DNA of 64,000 nucleotides. Source: Azolla caroliniana (Eukaryota > Plantae > Polypodiophyta). A model generated the notes under the pieces. It saw only the letters and a list, made by a program, of their open reading frames with translations, was not told the origin of the DNA and searched no databases. Numbering within the stretch: the first letter of the stretch is position 1; each line of letters starts with the position of its first letter. The position numbers and the translations under genes were made by a program. Shown piece by piece: positions 10,291-21,942 of the stretch. Location: contig JBHGNT010000006.1 in the NCBI GenBank assembly GCA_043228905.1, positions 806,001 to 870,000 of the forward strand, read 5' to 3'.

Positions 10291-12420
10291 GGCGTGGAGG
10301 GTTTGCGTGTCCTGATCTTCCGCCGACAATCGAGCCATCTTGAAGAAGTCGAGGGCGACATCTTCATCTTCCGAAACCATGTTACTTCCGTTTGAAAATC
10401 TTCCCCTCGATAGCATGTCAACCATGGCGTTCTTCTTCCCTGCAATGTGACGGATCTCTGGGTTTAAAGACTTGATGTAGGCGATCCACCTTAGCATAGC
10501 AAGATCTGGGGTCGCACATCCCGAGACCATTCCGAGAATTGGGAGACAATCTGTCTCTATTATCACTTCTGACCCGATCAGGTAATCTTTGTCCGTCTTC
10601 ACTGCCGACACAATACCCCAAAGTTCCCGCTTGACTTGGGCATATCTTTGTTGCCGTTCGCTGAGAACCTTTGCTCCGAACCGGACGGCATATCGCGCAT
10701 TATCTTCACCTTCTTGATTGATGACCCACCCGATTCCGGTTGGGCTCGTATCTACGGTCACGTAAATTGGTTTCCCTTCGGCATAGTCGGCCTTCCTTAG
10801 TGCTGGAGCTTCAAGAAGCAGTTTCTTTAATCTTCGCATCGCCTCTGTGTGCTCGTCTCGCCATTCGAACTTTATTCTTTTCTTTAGTAGTCCATATAAC
10901 AGTTCGGCGACATGAGCGTAGTGAGGAATCCATATATGATAAAACACGCACGATCCAAGGAACCTTCGAACCTCCGTTTGGTTTTCGCATTCTTCTTTCA
11001 TGTCTTGGATTGCGTTCACTTTGGATGGCGAGGGCTTCCGGCCGTATGCTCCACACAAGTGACCTACCACCAAGATCTCCGGTTGCCCGAATGCGGATTT
11101 TTCTCCCGAAAATGTCAAATTCGCATCTTCGAGCCTTTGAAGCACCTTCTCGCAATCTTTCATATGATCCGCAACGAACTTTCTACAACCTTCCTTATCT
11201 TTCGATTCATCTTTATCCTCATCCGAACATCCTTTTATCGGAATATCATCCAAGAATGGCATCGTGATGTCCGGAATGCAATCCTTCAAGACTTTATTCA
11301 TGGCATTCACCATATGAGCCACCGAGTTCGTTGCGCCTTGGGGTAAGGTACACATCCGCACAAGCCCGATCGGAGTCCTCATGGTTGTAATGTCCCGACT
11401 GTCGATCGCCAACTGGAATTGGTCATATTCGGAGTAGAGATCGCCAATGGAGTAAATGGACCGGCCTGCAAACGCTTCGGCAAATTCGTCCACGCTCAGA
11501 CCGATTCCGGCATTTCGAATTGTCACCTTGTTGACGGGTTGAAGATCTTGGATGAATCGCAATGATCCATTCTTCTTCGCCACCGTGAACCACCTATTGG
11601 AATAAGGAGCATTCGACGGTTCTAGAATTCCCATACTCACCTTCTCCTTTAAGAGCTCGATCAGCTTCGGAAGGTGTGCTCTCGGAACCGGTATCGGTTT
11701 CAAATTCCAAGGCACATGGGGCACCGTGAAGATCACCATTGGCTCTATAACCTTTGGGTCGGCGCATCCGATTTCTCGTGTGAAGAATGCGAAAGCCTTC
11801 CCATGTCTCTCAAGCATATCGCGAAATATTCGCTCCTCTTCAGGGAGAAGGAAATCCTCCTTTCCAACTCGTAGCTTCCCCTTCGTCTCTTTGGTGAAGT
11901 CATGACCTATCTTCTTCGGATCTCTTAAGCTTGGATCATTAGCGACTTCCTTCATCTTTTGCCAGCTATCTTCCGGTAGCGGAACCGCAACTGGCTTGAT
12001 CTTCTTATCCACCGTTTTATATTTCGTGTTGATGTCAGCTTCATTCATCGAGATGCCACGACGGTATTCATTGATGATAGCGTACATGTTGACGGAGTTA
12101 ACCGAAATCACACGTTGGTTTTGAAGATAGCTCAAGTCCACGACGTCCTCGATTTCGCCGATGGTGTCGTTAAATGAGGCTTCTTCCATAATATGAGTCA
12201 CGAACTCTTCTTCTTCTATTATGTTCTCTTCTTTCAGCATCTTCTCGAATTCTTGTATCCAACGCTTGTGCTTCTTGTCGGGTAGTACTAGTTTACATGC
12301 GCCACTAGGTGTGACACATGTTGCTTCTCCTTGCAATCCACACGCTCTTCTTTCTTGTGGGGTCTTGTGATTGCTCGGACTATTTGTGCCCCATGCTTTA
12401 ATAGTCCGCTCTAAAAATCC
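10276..12420 (-). CDS. Pol RT-RNase H of element B, entered by a -1 frameshift
   Basis: RT RFIQDLQPVN, LPQGATNS, PFLDD; RNase H VTVDTSPTGIG, ELWGI, ETDC; frame open from the slippery site at 12420 through the ORF at 12336. Confidence 0.92.
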   Translation of the reverse strand, partial: GFLERTIKAWGTNSPSNHKTPQERRACGLQGEATCVTPSGACKLVLPDKKHKRWIQEFEKMLKEENIIEEEEFVTHIMEEASFNDTIGEIEDVVDLSYLQNQRVISVNSVNMYAIINEYRRGISMNEADINTKYKTVDKKIKPVAVPLPEDSWQKMKEVANDPSLRDPKKIGHDFTKETKGKLRVGKEDFLLPEEERIFRDMLERHGKAFAFFTREIGCADPKVIEPMVIFTVPHVPWNLKPIPVPRAHLPKLIELLKEKVSMGILEPSNAPYSNRWFTVAKKNGSLRFIQDLQPVNKVTIRNAGIGLSVDEFAEAFAGRSIYSIGDLYSEYDQFQLAIDSRDITTMRTPIGLVRMCTLPQGATNSVAHMVNAMNKVLKDCIPDITMPFLDDIPIKGCSDEDKDESKDKEGCRKFVADHMKDCEKVLQRLEDANLTFSGEKSAFGQPEILVVGHLCGAYGRKPSPSKVNAIQDMKEECENQTEVRRFLGSCVFYHIWIPHYAHVAELLYGLLKKRIKFEWRDEHTEAMRRLKKLLLEAPALRKADYAEGKPIYVTVDTSPTGIGWVINQEGEDNARYAVRFGAKVLSERQQRYAQVKRELWGIVSAVKTDKDYLIGSEVIIETDCLPILGMVSGCATPDLAMLRWIAYIKSLNPEIRHIAGKKNAMVDMLSRGRFSNGSNMVSEDEDVALDFFKMARLSAEDQDTQTLHAFNRV
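12358..12420 (-). promoter_or_regulatory. Programmed -1 ribosomal frameshift signal (G GAT TTT plus H-type pseudoknot)
   Basis: GGATTTT then TAG (12420-12411); 9-bp stem CGGACTATT/AATAGTCCG (12408-12376); loop TGGGG can pair with downstream CCCCA (12362-12358); the -1 frame is the pol frame. Confidence 0.8.
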
Positions 12421-14613
12421 GAGGATTCGCCTCCGAGACTATCTCGATTCCTTTCATGATTGGCTCGCACTGTTAGGAATGGACCGATCTTTGGTTGTCA
12501 AGACTCTTTATTCGTGCGAAGGCTGCTCCATTATCAAACACTTTGGTCTCCATCCGAGATGATGTGATATAAGGTTGCCCTAGGATGACAGGATGCGACG
12601 CCGATTCTTGTACGAAGAAGTGTTGATCCATCTCCACATCCCCGATCGTGACTTTGACATTGGGACAAGCTCCGTACAAGTCCTCCGTAGACTTTGTTGC
12701 CGCGCGAATCTTCCATCCGTGGTTTGTATTGATTGGCCATCTTCCCTTTTTGTAGAAGTCGGTTGACATGAGGTTGATCTCCGAGCCGTGGTCGATCAAG
12801 GCTACGACAGTCTCTTTCTTCTCCCCGATCTTCACCGGCGTCTCCGTTGTCGCTCGTGCCCAATGAGGTCGAGTGTAGTGGCTGTCCACCATATCTTCAT
12901 CGATTTCGTCTCTTGCCATCGTTATGGCATTCGTTTTTGCTTTCTGCGGCTTCTCTTCTTCCTCGTCCGATTGTTGTCTCTTTCTCTTTACAAGGTCCAC
13001 GATCGTCTCATGGAACTCCTTCTTCGTAATGCCAAGCAATTCCCTCAAGGACAAAGTTACGTGGCTATCAAGAACTCGTTCTTCGAGAATCTTCTTTAGG
13101 TCCGTCGTCTGCTCTATGTCCGACCTTAGCTTATAGGTAGGTATGGTCCTTGTCCTCCGAGCGGGATCTTCGACACCAACCTTCACGGGCCGAACCGTTT
13201 CTTCAACTCGTATGCTCGGCTCCCCTTTTCGGCTTGATTCTCGTTCCTCCGTTTGTAAAGGTCGACTCGTCTCCGCATCGTCCTTCTTTTTCGCGTTCCT
13301 TGTTTCATGTCTTTTTGATGGCCCTTGCTCTTCTATTCTCTTTGTCTTCTCTTGACGAACACCTTGTGGTTGTCGCACATCACCTCCGCGAGTATGGTGT
13401 TGTCGTCCACCGGATCCGACCACCCGGTTATGTTTTGCACGCTTCGGTCCGCAAGCTCTACCTCGTTCGATGTGACTTTTCCCTTCTTCTCATATTCGAG
13501 AACGGAAGTCCAAAACTTTGCTCCCGCTCTAGCAGCTTCAGTCTTGTCTTTCCCGACTCTTATTCCGGCCGACGCAGCATAGTGCATCGCATCCACATGA
13601 GTCGCATCGGCATCCTCCATAGATTTCTTCATTCCTCCTCTTCCGAAATTCACCCGTAGGGGTCTTCTAGTCTCACTTGAGCAGATCATGTTGTCCTCTA
13701 TGTATACGATATTTTGTCGAATCGCCTCTCGAAGGCTCGTACAATCCCTTCTCATGTGGTCCATGCTATCGCACCACACGCATCTAAAGGGTTCTTTTCC
13801 TTTAGGGCCCCAACGATTCATGTTGGCTAGAGTGACCTTCTCGAACTTCTTCGCTAGCTCTTCAACGATGTCGTCATCAATCTTCTTTTCTTCCACGTTA
13901 CTTTGTCTTGGCGGCTCAGCTACTTTCGGCTGTCTTACTTTCTCCGTGGTAGTCGGTCCCATCAAGTCGGTGTCATCAACCCATTGGCGACGCTTGTTGA
14001 GCCTATTGCATGCCCGCTTCACCGCGATCCAGTCCGCTACGAGCCCATTTGCTTGGGTATCATCTTCGAGAAGAGTCCTCAACTCCCGTCTATCCTTTAT
14101 GTCCACAGCCTTCAAGAAGTACAAAGTCTTGTCCTCTTCAAGCAATACTTGGTCCGTATTGGGGAGACGACTAAACATCTGGTCGAATTCGTCGTACACC
14201 CTAGAGACGCTCATCTTCTTATTCTTCTTCTCTATCCACTTCATCAGGGCATGTCGAGTCATCCTCATTGAGTCTTCAGTCACGAACTCCGCTAGTATCG
14301 TTTTCTCGAACTCGGACCATGTTGTCTTTCCTTCTTGAGGCTCGATGACGCGTCTTTGGATGTTGTTGGCGACAACTCTCTTGAAGCTTGCGATTTGACG
14401 TGCCTCGAACACGTCCCTTTGATTCATCTCCCTCTTATATGCATCAAGGAACTTCGTAACGTTCCTTCCATCAAATTGGCCCTCGAGCTCTACGACACGA
14501 TCAACAGCCTTCTCCACGCTCGCGTCGTTGTCCCGAGATCTCATCATTTGCTCGACGATTAGCATCATCCTTTCGAGCTCTCCCGCTTGGTTGCTTGAGG
14601 ACGCCATCTCCAA
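12411..14613 (-). pseudogene. gag-protease ORF1 of element B with two apparent 1-bp deletions (~13360, ~12480)
   Basis: CCHC CVWCDSMDHMRRDC; protease ALIDHGSEINLM...ILGQPY; collinear with element A gag; natural end ...GGESSDF*. Confidence 0.88.
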
Positions 14614-14648
14614 GTATTAATCTCGACTTGATCCTTCCTACCGCCTCT

Positions 14649-14666
14649 TTCACGTCGGGTTCACCA
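14649..14666 (-). promoter_or_regulatory. tRNA-Trp primer binding site of element B
   Basis: Same TTCACGTCGGGTTCACCA as element A; 8 nt from the LTR. Confidence 0.88.
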
Positions 14667-14674
14667 CTTGATTA

Positions 14675-15820
14675 TGTCGTGAAGATCCGTCACTACGCGC
14701 GGATCGTGAGGCGGAACCGCCGGGGTTCTGGACCAGAAGGATTTAGAGTCGATACAAGCTTTGGCAAGAAAGTACTTAAGATAGATTGGGAAAGAGAGAA
14801 GATGAGATTACACGATTGATTTGATAACGAATTTCTTCTTCTTAATTTTTCATAAAAAAAAAAACCATGTTTTTCTCCTCCCCCTTCCCTCTTTTATAGA
14901 TGCTCTCATGCATATGATGCATGTGAGGGTACAAGACATGCATAAATTGCATGTATGCCATTTGGCGCTTAAGTATTACATGTGGTGCATGCTAACCATA
15001 TCACTCATTTTAGCACTCATGGATGAGAATTTACATATAAAAGTACAATGATAGAAATATAATTTCAACTAAATACTATGGCTTAATGGTAAGCCATTTG
15101 ACTCCTAACTTGGAGGTGTAAGGTTCGAATCCATGCTTGCCCTCCTTGTATATGTAAATATGTAAACATTTTTATATATTTATTTTATCTAGTCGCCGGT
15201 TCGCCGGATACCGTCGCCGGATGCCGTCCCCGGATACCGATGCCGCTGCTTGCCCTCCTTGTATATGTAAATATGTAAATATTTTTATATATTTATTTTA
15301 TCTAGTCGCCGGTTCGCCGGATACAGTCGCCGGATGCCGTCCCCGGATACCGATGCCGCCGCCGGATGCCGACGCCTCCGCCGGATACCGGTGCCGCATG
15401 CCGCCATCGGATTGCCGTCGGATCACCGGCTCCATCGCCGGTCCGGTTTTGGTTGGCCAAAACCCTTTACGAGTAGCTAGCCACCTCCACTCTAAGTTCA
15501 AGTTACCTTGAACTCTCTATGCTCCACACATAGACACAAAGGTAATATCTTTTGCTCCACGTTATATATGATGAGAGCCGTATTTGTCGTGCCTATGTGG
15601 GATATCTCACAATTTTCTCTTTTCTTTTCACAAACTTTATACCCTCATATCTTGACATTTAGTTGTCCATTTCTCGTGTAATAAAGTGCATTCGAAACCT
15701 CCATCATTTTGTACTTAGATATTAAAAATGTTATCTTCACAATTATTGTATTACATGATTCATACTCGATTTTGTACGTTTTATGGGATTTTCACACTAT
15801 TGCCGAAAATCTTCACGACA
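14675..15820 (-). repeat. 5' LTR of element B (1146 bp, with internal ~110-bp duplication)
   Basis: Direct repeat of 7877-8858; duplicated GCTTGCCCTCCTTGTATATG...CCGGATACCGATGCCGC block at ~15135-15360. Confidence 0.95.
15079..15142 (+). promoter_or_regulatory. tRNA-like Pol III A-box/B-box cassette in the 5' LTR of element B
   Basis: TGGCTTAATGG at 15079; CTCCTAA anticodon-loop-like sequence (CCT, Arg); GGTTCGAATCC at 15122. Confidence 0.7.
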
Positions 15821-15916
15821 ACGTATTACGCACAGACGCTACTATTCGTTGTCACTCAGTCACTTTGAGGTCTAGGTCGAAGGACTGACCATAGACCGTG
15901 TTCCTAATCGGTAACA

Positions 15917-16066
15917 AATGTGAAGACCCATAGTCATGGGGAATGTGATTCTATGACACATAGTTAATGTGTAGAGAGTAGTGGTGCGACTCTTAACCTT
16001 TTAGTGATCGTAGATTCTCAAAGGGTATGTTCACACGTTGCACTAGGTTGAGCTTGATTCTCAACA
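15917..16066 (-). mobile_element. 5' end of a Copia LTR (same family as 26387), interrupted by element C
   Basis: Reverse complement TGTTGAGAATCAAGCTCAACCTAG...GTCTTCACATT aligns to 26387-26542. Confidence 0.85.
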
Positions 16067-19000
16067 ACTTTACTATGGTCCTCATGAGAGATTAAAGTTT
16101 TGTCAATCTTGTGTTGTACTTAAGGGGAGATAGGTTATTAATGTCTAGGCCGTTTGCAAGCAGCCAACTCACTATAATGTTATACCAAGAGCTAGTATCT
16201 CCGCACTCATAGAGGGATCGAGATGCCTCAAAAGCTTGACGAGATATCCTATCTTGTGGTTGGCTATGTATTCTATGAATAAAACCTACAAGTTGGAAAA
16301 GTGCTTCTACTAACATTGAGGGCAAAGAGAACTCTGCTCTAATAATGTCATGTGGTACTGTCAATTTGCTTCGGAGTTGACGTGATAACATCATCACCAA
16401 TGGCCTCTCTAATTGCGTCCACATGAAATATGGTAGACCTAGAGCCTAAGCCATTGATGCATACATGAGGTAAAGGGTCACTAATAAGTCGAAGAGTCAT
16501 CCCTTAGTCTGTGGCTCGTGAAAGTATGTATGGTAGCATTGCCTCTCTACGAGTGAGAGGGATGCATATCCTCTTGTTAGCCTATAAGTTGTTTATACAA
16601 GTCTCTACAATCCTCATCATACCACCTATTTTGTGGCATAGGCCTTATTCTACTTTGATCGGAGTGTTTCGTGTATGGGAAACTACTAAATGTTGCGAAG
16701 TGAAGGATGTGTGTGAGTTTTAGTAAGGTTCTCTAAAGGCATGGAAGAATCAAGAGAGGAGAGATGGGCTTGAACATGTCGGGAGTAGATGTCAGAGAGC
16801 TCATGTGTGAAATGTATTATGGTGTGATGGTTTGGTTGACTAGAGTTGGTGGCGTTGGAGATGTCACATTTTAACTCAAAGTATAGGAAGTTACGGTCTG
16901 CACCAATAGGGCTTGGGGCCACCTGGAAGGAGTTAATTGTTGGGAAAACTGGTCCCTCCGATCTCAACTCAGTCGAGGCCGAAAATCGATTGACCAAAAA
17001 ATTGATAAATTGAATAATCGATTTGGCCAATAGCCGAGTCGGTCGAAGCCATCTCGAGGCTAGATTTGTAAATAGCCCATATTGTATATAAGTGTAAATA
17101 TACCTAGGGCAAGTAGTTAGAAGATGGATTATCATTATTGAAGAAGTTACTGTGTGTCGTTGCTTCTGTAACTAAGAGTGGGAGAGAGTGCGAGAGTGTG
17201 TGAGTAACTCTATAGCCGTTTGTGACGAAGAAGAGTTCAAGGTCATTGCCTTGAAGCCTCTTGTTGTATTCCTCCCATCATAGTGATTCGTTTTGGAGTT
17301 TGTGGACTCCACATGGTTTTTTCCCCTTTCTAGGTTTTCCACATTAAATATTTGTCTCTGTGTACTTCTGTCTTCTGTTTTGTCTTTGTACTGTCGTCTT
17401 GATGTTTGCACCCACATACGTAACTATGTTAACCGGTTGTAGCCAGTAATATCCTCAACATTAATCATGTGGGTAGCCAGGGCGTCCAATTAGATAATCA
17501 ACTGTGCTTTCCCCTCCTCCATGTGGGAAACATGTAAGCTCTTCCAAGCCCCACCACTTGGCTAAACCATTATATATGATCATTGGTGTCGACTTCCAAG
17601 TTCGAGCAGATGATGGCCAAAGCTTGTGGCGTTCAAACCTTGGTATTTTGATCTATGTGTGATGCATATGGCTAGAGGGTCAACATTCACCATTTCTAGG
17701 TTTTTATCCATTTGAAATATTGTGCATTGTCGGGATTGGCTTCTCACATTGAAATCTCCTACGAGGAAGACCTCCCCTTGAGAAGAATACTGGATTATGT
17801 CATCCAATAAAGGTTTGTATGGAGATGGCCCATGTTGCACTCCCTCATAAACTAAACTCGTGTCTCCAACCATATTATAACGGGATCCTTTCGAGGGAAA
17901 GTAACAAATGGCGATAAATATTGCCCGATCCTTGCAAGTGAGGACTTTCACCCATTAAAGTGGGCTTTTGGGTTAGTCCTTAGTATTTTTATCCTATTAT
18001 GTATCTCTCTCTAAAACAATATTGGAACACCTCTAGATGCTCTAGTAGTGTGTTGACGTGAGGTTTGTCTAAAAACAAACTCCCAACGAAATCCTTCAAC
18101 TCGTGGGGGTCCTCTATTTAGACTCTAATGTGTTTCTATTAAGAAAAGTATATCAAATACCCTCAAAATCTCCTCTCGACGGCTAAGGTGTGTCTAAAGT
18201 GCACCATTACAATTCCATAAAGTCATCCTAAATTTATTTTCTGTCACATGGGCAACGAACCGTCAATTGGTAGCGCGATCATTTATTATCAATTGTCTGT
18301 CTCGGCAAAAGGTGTGAAGCCCTTATTTACGAGCTTGCATGACTTGCGGCGTACAAGTTTTGCGGTGCTCAATTTGCATCTTGGTGAGGTCTTTATCTAG
18401 GTAGATAGGGCCCCCGCCTAATCCTCGAAGAATTGGTCTCTTCCTAAAACATGTGAGTCTAGATTCCAAGTCTTTAAACTGAAGGACTAAAGCTCGCTTC
18501 CTAATAGTGTCACGTCCAACCCTCCAGGTTTTGGTCATTGGTAGGGCCGAGTCTATGTACCCTAACATTTTCCTAAGTGTTTGTGCATCTTCGTCGGGAA
18601 ATGCCCCTTCCTTGAGTCTAGTGACACAGACATTTAGGCGTTGAGGTTGACACATTTTCTCTTCCTCAAGGGTAGTGTTTACAATATTTTCATATTCTAT
18701 TTCCTTTTTAATGTTATGTTTTACTACATCGACCCGACCCATTTTCGCTAATTCCAGGTTGTTTCTTACCTCTTCTTTAACCTTTTTAATCTCCTCCTGA
18801 ATATCCTCTATGGAGGATATTTCACTATCTTTCCTAGATATCTCGAGTTCATTAAGTTAATTCTTAAGGTTGATGTTTTCTACTTTGAGTTTCTCTATTT
18901 TAGCCATAAGTGTGTCTTTTTTCTTTTGAGATTTGGTTTCTTTCGCCCATTTTGTCATGTCACTCTCTATTTTTACTAAACCAGTAAAGACATCTAAAAA
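16067..19000 (-). mobile_element. Internally deleted, decayed RTEX/RTE-like LINE (ORF1, AP endonuclease, post-RT region)
   Basis: ORF1 with coiled coil and PIYLDKDLT; endonuclease ICYFP...LVGDFN...SPIGAD; post-RT VPHDIIRAEFSLP similar to TPYTLLLLETGSLP of the LINE at 29215; RT core absent. Confidence 0.7.
16938..17460 (+). mobile_element. Solo LTR (523 bp, Copia-like) with 5-bp TSD
   Basis: TGTTG...CAACA ends; TTAAT at 16933-16937 and 17461-17465; interrupts the LINE endonuclease. Confidence 0.88.
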
Positions 19001-19475
19001 TTCTTCCTTATAGCTTCATCGTATATCTCCTTATGTTCTTTAATGCGTTTCGAAGTCATGGTGTAACACAAAAGAAAAAGGAAAAAAGGAAGAAGAAAAA
19101 GGATGGAAAACTTAGCCGAGCATGGATGGACGTCTCATTCACTTCAATGAGCTTGCAAACATCAACCCACCAAAGAGAGAGACCTCGCACGCAAAAGCAC
19201 ACACGCCACAGGAAAGCACTCTACCAAGCAACCCCATACGCATGTAGGGAGGGGATGACCAAGCAGATCACTACAACTAGCAATAACGATGGTCACACAA
19301 CAACAACGACGTTCACGGTATCACAATAGACGGTGATGGTGTCGTAGGTGGTGTGGCACAGTCGTAGACGGTAGTCGATGTGATGTGACGTGGTGGCAGT
19401 TGATAACCGACGTTCGACGTGGAGGCATTCGGCAGGCGACGGCAATCGGCTGTCGAAAGACGACGTGACATGGTG

Positions 19476-19510
<35 letters not shown>

Positions 19511-21942
19511 GAGTGTTGGTGGAAAGAGGCGTTCATTGGCGACAAAGGCGTGGATGACGTGGCGACCATTGGTAGGCGACGCTATGACAGTCAACGGTCG
19601 ACAAACGACATGATGTGGCGGCAGAGAGAGAGGTGAACGTTAGTGACAGAGAGAGAGAGTGTGTGTGTGTGCTTTCAGGTGCACAGCTACTCTTTTTTGA
19701 CATGTTGTATAATGTCAATACTACCAAAAAAGCATGGGGAGCAAAGTGAATAACTACTTAACGTCCCTAGCCTAATGAATATAGCCTCCTAGGTGCAACA
19801 CCTCATGTTGTTCATGGGTTAGGGGAGAGGTGAGTGTGAAGGTAGGGTTGTTCTTGGTGTTGGAGGACAACAATAGGTTTCGAGAAGTGAAGCAAGGGCT
19901 TGTTTATGGTGTGGAATGTTGATGGATGTCGAGGGTACTTCTTAAAAAAAATCATGAGGCTACATGAGAATATATCAAGCCCACATATGTTGCATAAGTT
20001 GTGTGTGCATTCACTATAATTGCTCATTGTGTCCTTCGCCTCTTGCTTCAATGAGATGCATTGGTTTGTGGGGGTTCACTAATTCATACCTTGTCTTCCT
20101 TCACCTACAGGAAATAATATAATATTTCATTTGGAGAGCTTGAAACCAAACTTTAGCATGGTCATCTAATATGAACTAGAAAACAACTACACATGCCATG
20201 TTTTGTTATGGGTTCAAATGCTAGAGTAACTTTCTTGGAACACTACATAATTGTAAGTGCCCTTGTACCCTAAACCTTGAACTATCTTGGTGATTTGGGC
20301 AATTGTGGTGGTGGTGTTGTAGGAAATAGTATAACATTTCATTGGGAAAGCTTGAAACCAAACTCTAGCATTGTCTTGTAAACTATGTGTAGTATCGGGT
20401 ACCCAAAAGCATTTGAACTACAATTTATGCACTCTCTACTACCAAAATTCTATTATATTATACAACTCTCTTTGTAAATCAACTAAAGCTACTTAAACAC
20501 ATTGTATATGTACATTGACTTTTATACCTCACTGTTATGTTAAATTTTAGTTTCATGTAAACATTGCGAAGAATACATAAGAATTAAACTTGACAAAATA
20601 AAATGTGAACACCGCCAAAATTGACACAACGAGCAACAAGGTGATCATTGTTCATTTGGATATAAACATCTTCGTTAACATCTAAGGGTGCACTCATTTA
20701 TCTGTATTTCCCAAGGATGGAAATGAATGAGAATTCTGCAACCACTTGCCCATCACAAACATTTGCAAAAATTATTGATGTATATGTAATAAGATAGAGC
20801 ATTTTCATTTTAGCATGAATGGTGAGATTGTATTACAAAATGATCGATACATATATTATAGAGTATTAGGATTGGCTGAAAGCAACATGCCTAGAGTCTA
20901 GATGCATTTAAACCTGGAAAGCATACCCCCTCAAGACTAGGACTTCCTAACTAAGTGGGATATAGATTGGAAGCAAGAAAATACTTCATATTACATCAAA
21001 AGCTAGCAACCATAAATAAGTTGAGGTAGCGATTGTAATCATCAAAACAATTTGGATAGTTCCTATTTTGACACATGGATTAACAACCCACTTTGTTTAC
21101 TTTATGACTTAATAATGTTATATAATGGATGTGTGTTCGTGTATGTGTCGGTGCTATGGGATCTACATCAAGCTCATCCATACAATATTACAATTTTCTT
21201 TCATTATGATACTTGTCCACATAATTGTCAAACCACAATGTAACCAACATGATAACAATGCCACACCAACTAGCAATCAAGCATCTCCAATCAATAACTT
21301 TTACATATGGCATGGTATGGATTCTATAGACAACACACTTCTTCAAGCTAAAATCCATGTATGTCCAATCATTAGCATTACTATGAGCTCGAAAAGATAA
21401 ATGGAAGTATTTGTTATATTGTATTTCCCTAGTAGAGTTCATTTATATCTAAGTTTCATGTTAGCAACAATTGTTTGTAAAATGTAACTTGTTCATCAAA
21501 CATCTATAATAATAACATTAGGCTATCCCGAACTTTTGGGGGCAAATGAATAACTTGGCATTTTTTTATTGAATATTGACTTTGGAATTTGATGTGTCAT
21601 GTCCTTATGCCCCATCTCAAGTTTTCAAAGAATATGACAAAGCATTAGCTACATGACGAGATTTTGGATACGTGATTGGAAACCAATTTAGATTGGAAAA
21701 GGATAATTTAGCATTGTTATCACATCAAGGTTAAATCCAAGCACATCAAAATGGAGAGAGTAGAATATGAATGAGCAAATTTGTTTGTGTGTGAACAAGA
21801 AAGAGAGAGGAGTATGTAGTATTTACAATAACATGAGAGGGGTGAGAGAGACTATGTGTGTGTACGTGTATGGTCACATATGTGTATTGCTCATATAATT
21901 GCGTTTTCACGACAATTCTCCCTGTGTGCACTTTATCAGTTA

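Larger units (their letters stand above)
7877..15820 (-). mobile_element. Near full-length Ty3/Gypsy LTR retrotransposon B (7.9 kb)
   Basis: Paired LTRs 7877-8858 and 14675-15820 with TGTCGTG..CACGACA ends; PBS 14649-14666; PPT GGTGGGGGTGGA 8859-8870; order gag-PR-RT-RH-INT; flanks ACAT/ACGT. Confidence 0.96.
2709..15916 (+). mobile_element. Decayed non-chromovirus Ty3/Gypsy element C (RNase H, integrase, extra 3' ORF, 3' LTR); host of elements A, B and an LTR fragment
   Basis: RNase H VFVDASDIAIG...YYASRK, ERDALGMI; integrase HHCC (GHYAG...CDLCQ), WGLDF, SDQG, YYPQANGLAE, RWTGPY; purine tract ~7455-7472; LTR starts TGTATCCGA at 7473 and ends TCGGTAACA at 15916, split by element B. Confidence 0.78.

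Noticed and set aside
10276-13423. Frame breaks at ~13360, ~12480 and ~10285 as programmed recoding
   Set aside because: No slippery or structural signal; element A is continuous at the 13360 equivalent; best explained as small deletions.
16691-16937. Alternative solo-LTR start at TGTTG 16691
   Set aside because: No matching TSD; 16938 gives a perfect TTAAT and restores the LINE.
19330-21900. Short ORFs and a Cys-rich fragment (CTHNLCNICG)
   Set aside because: No recognisable domain or termini; probably old TE debris; unresolved without a search.
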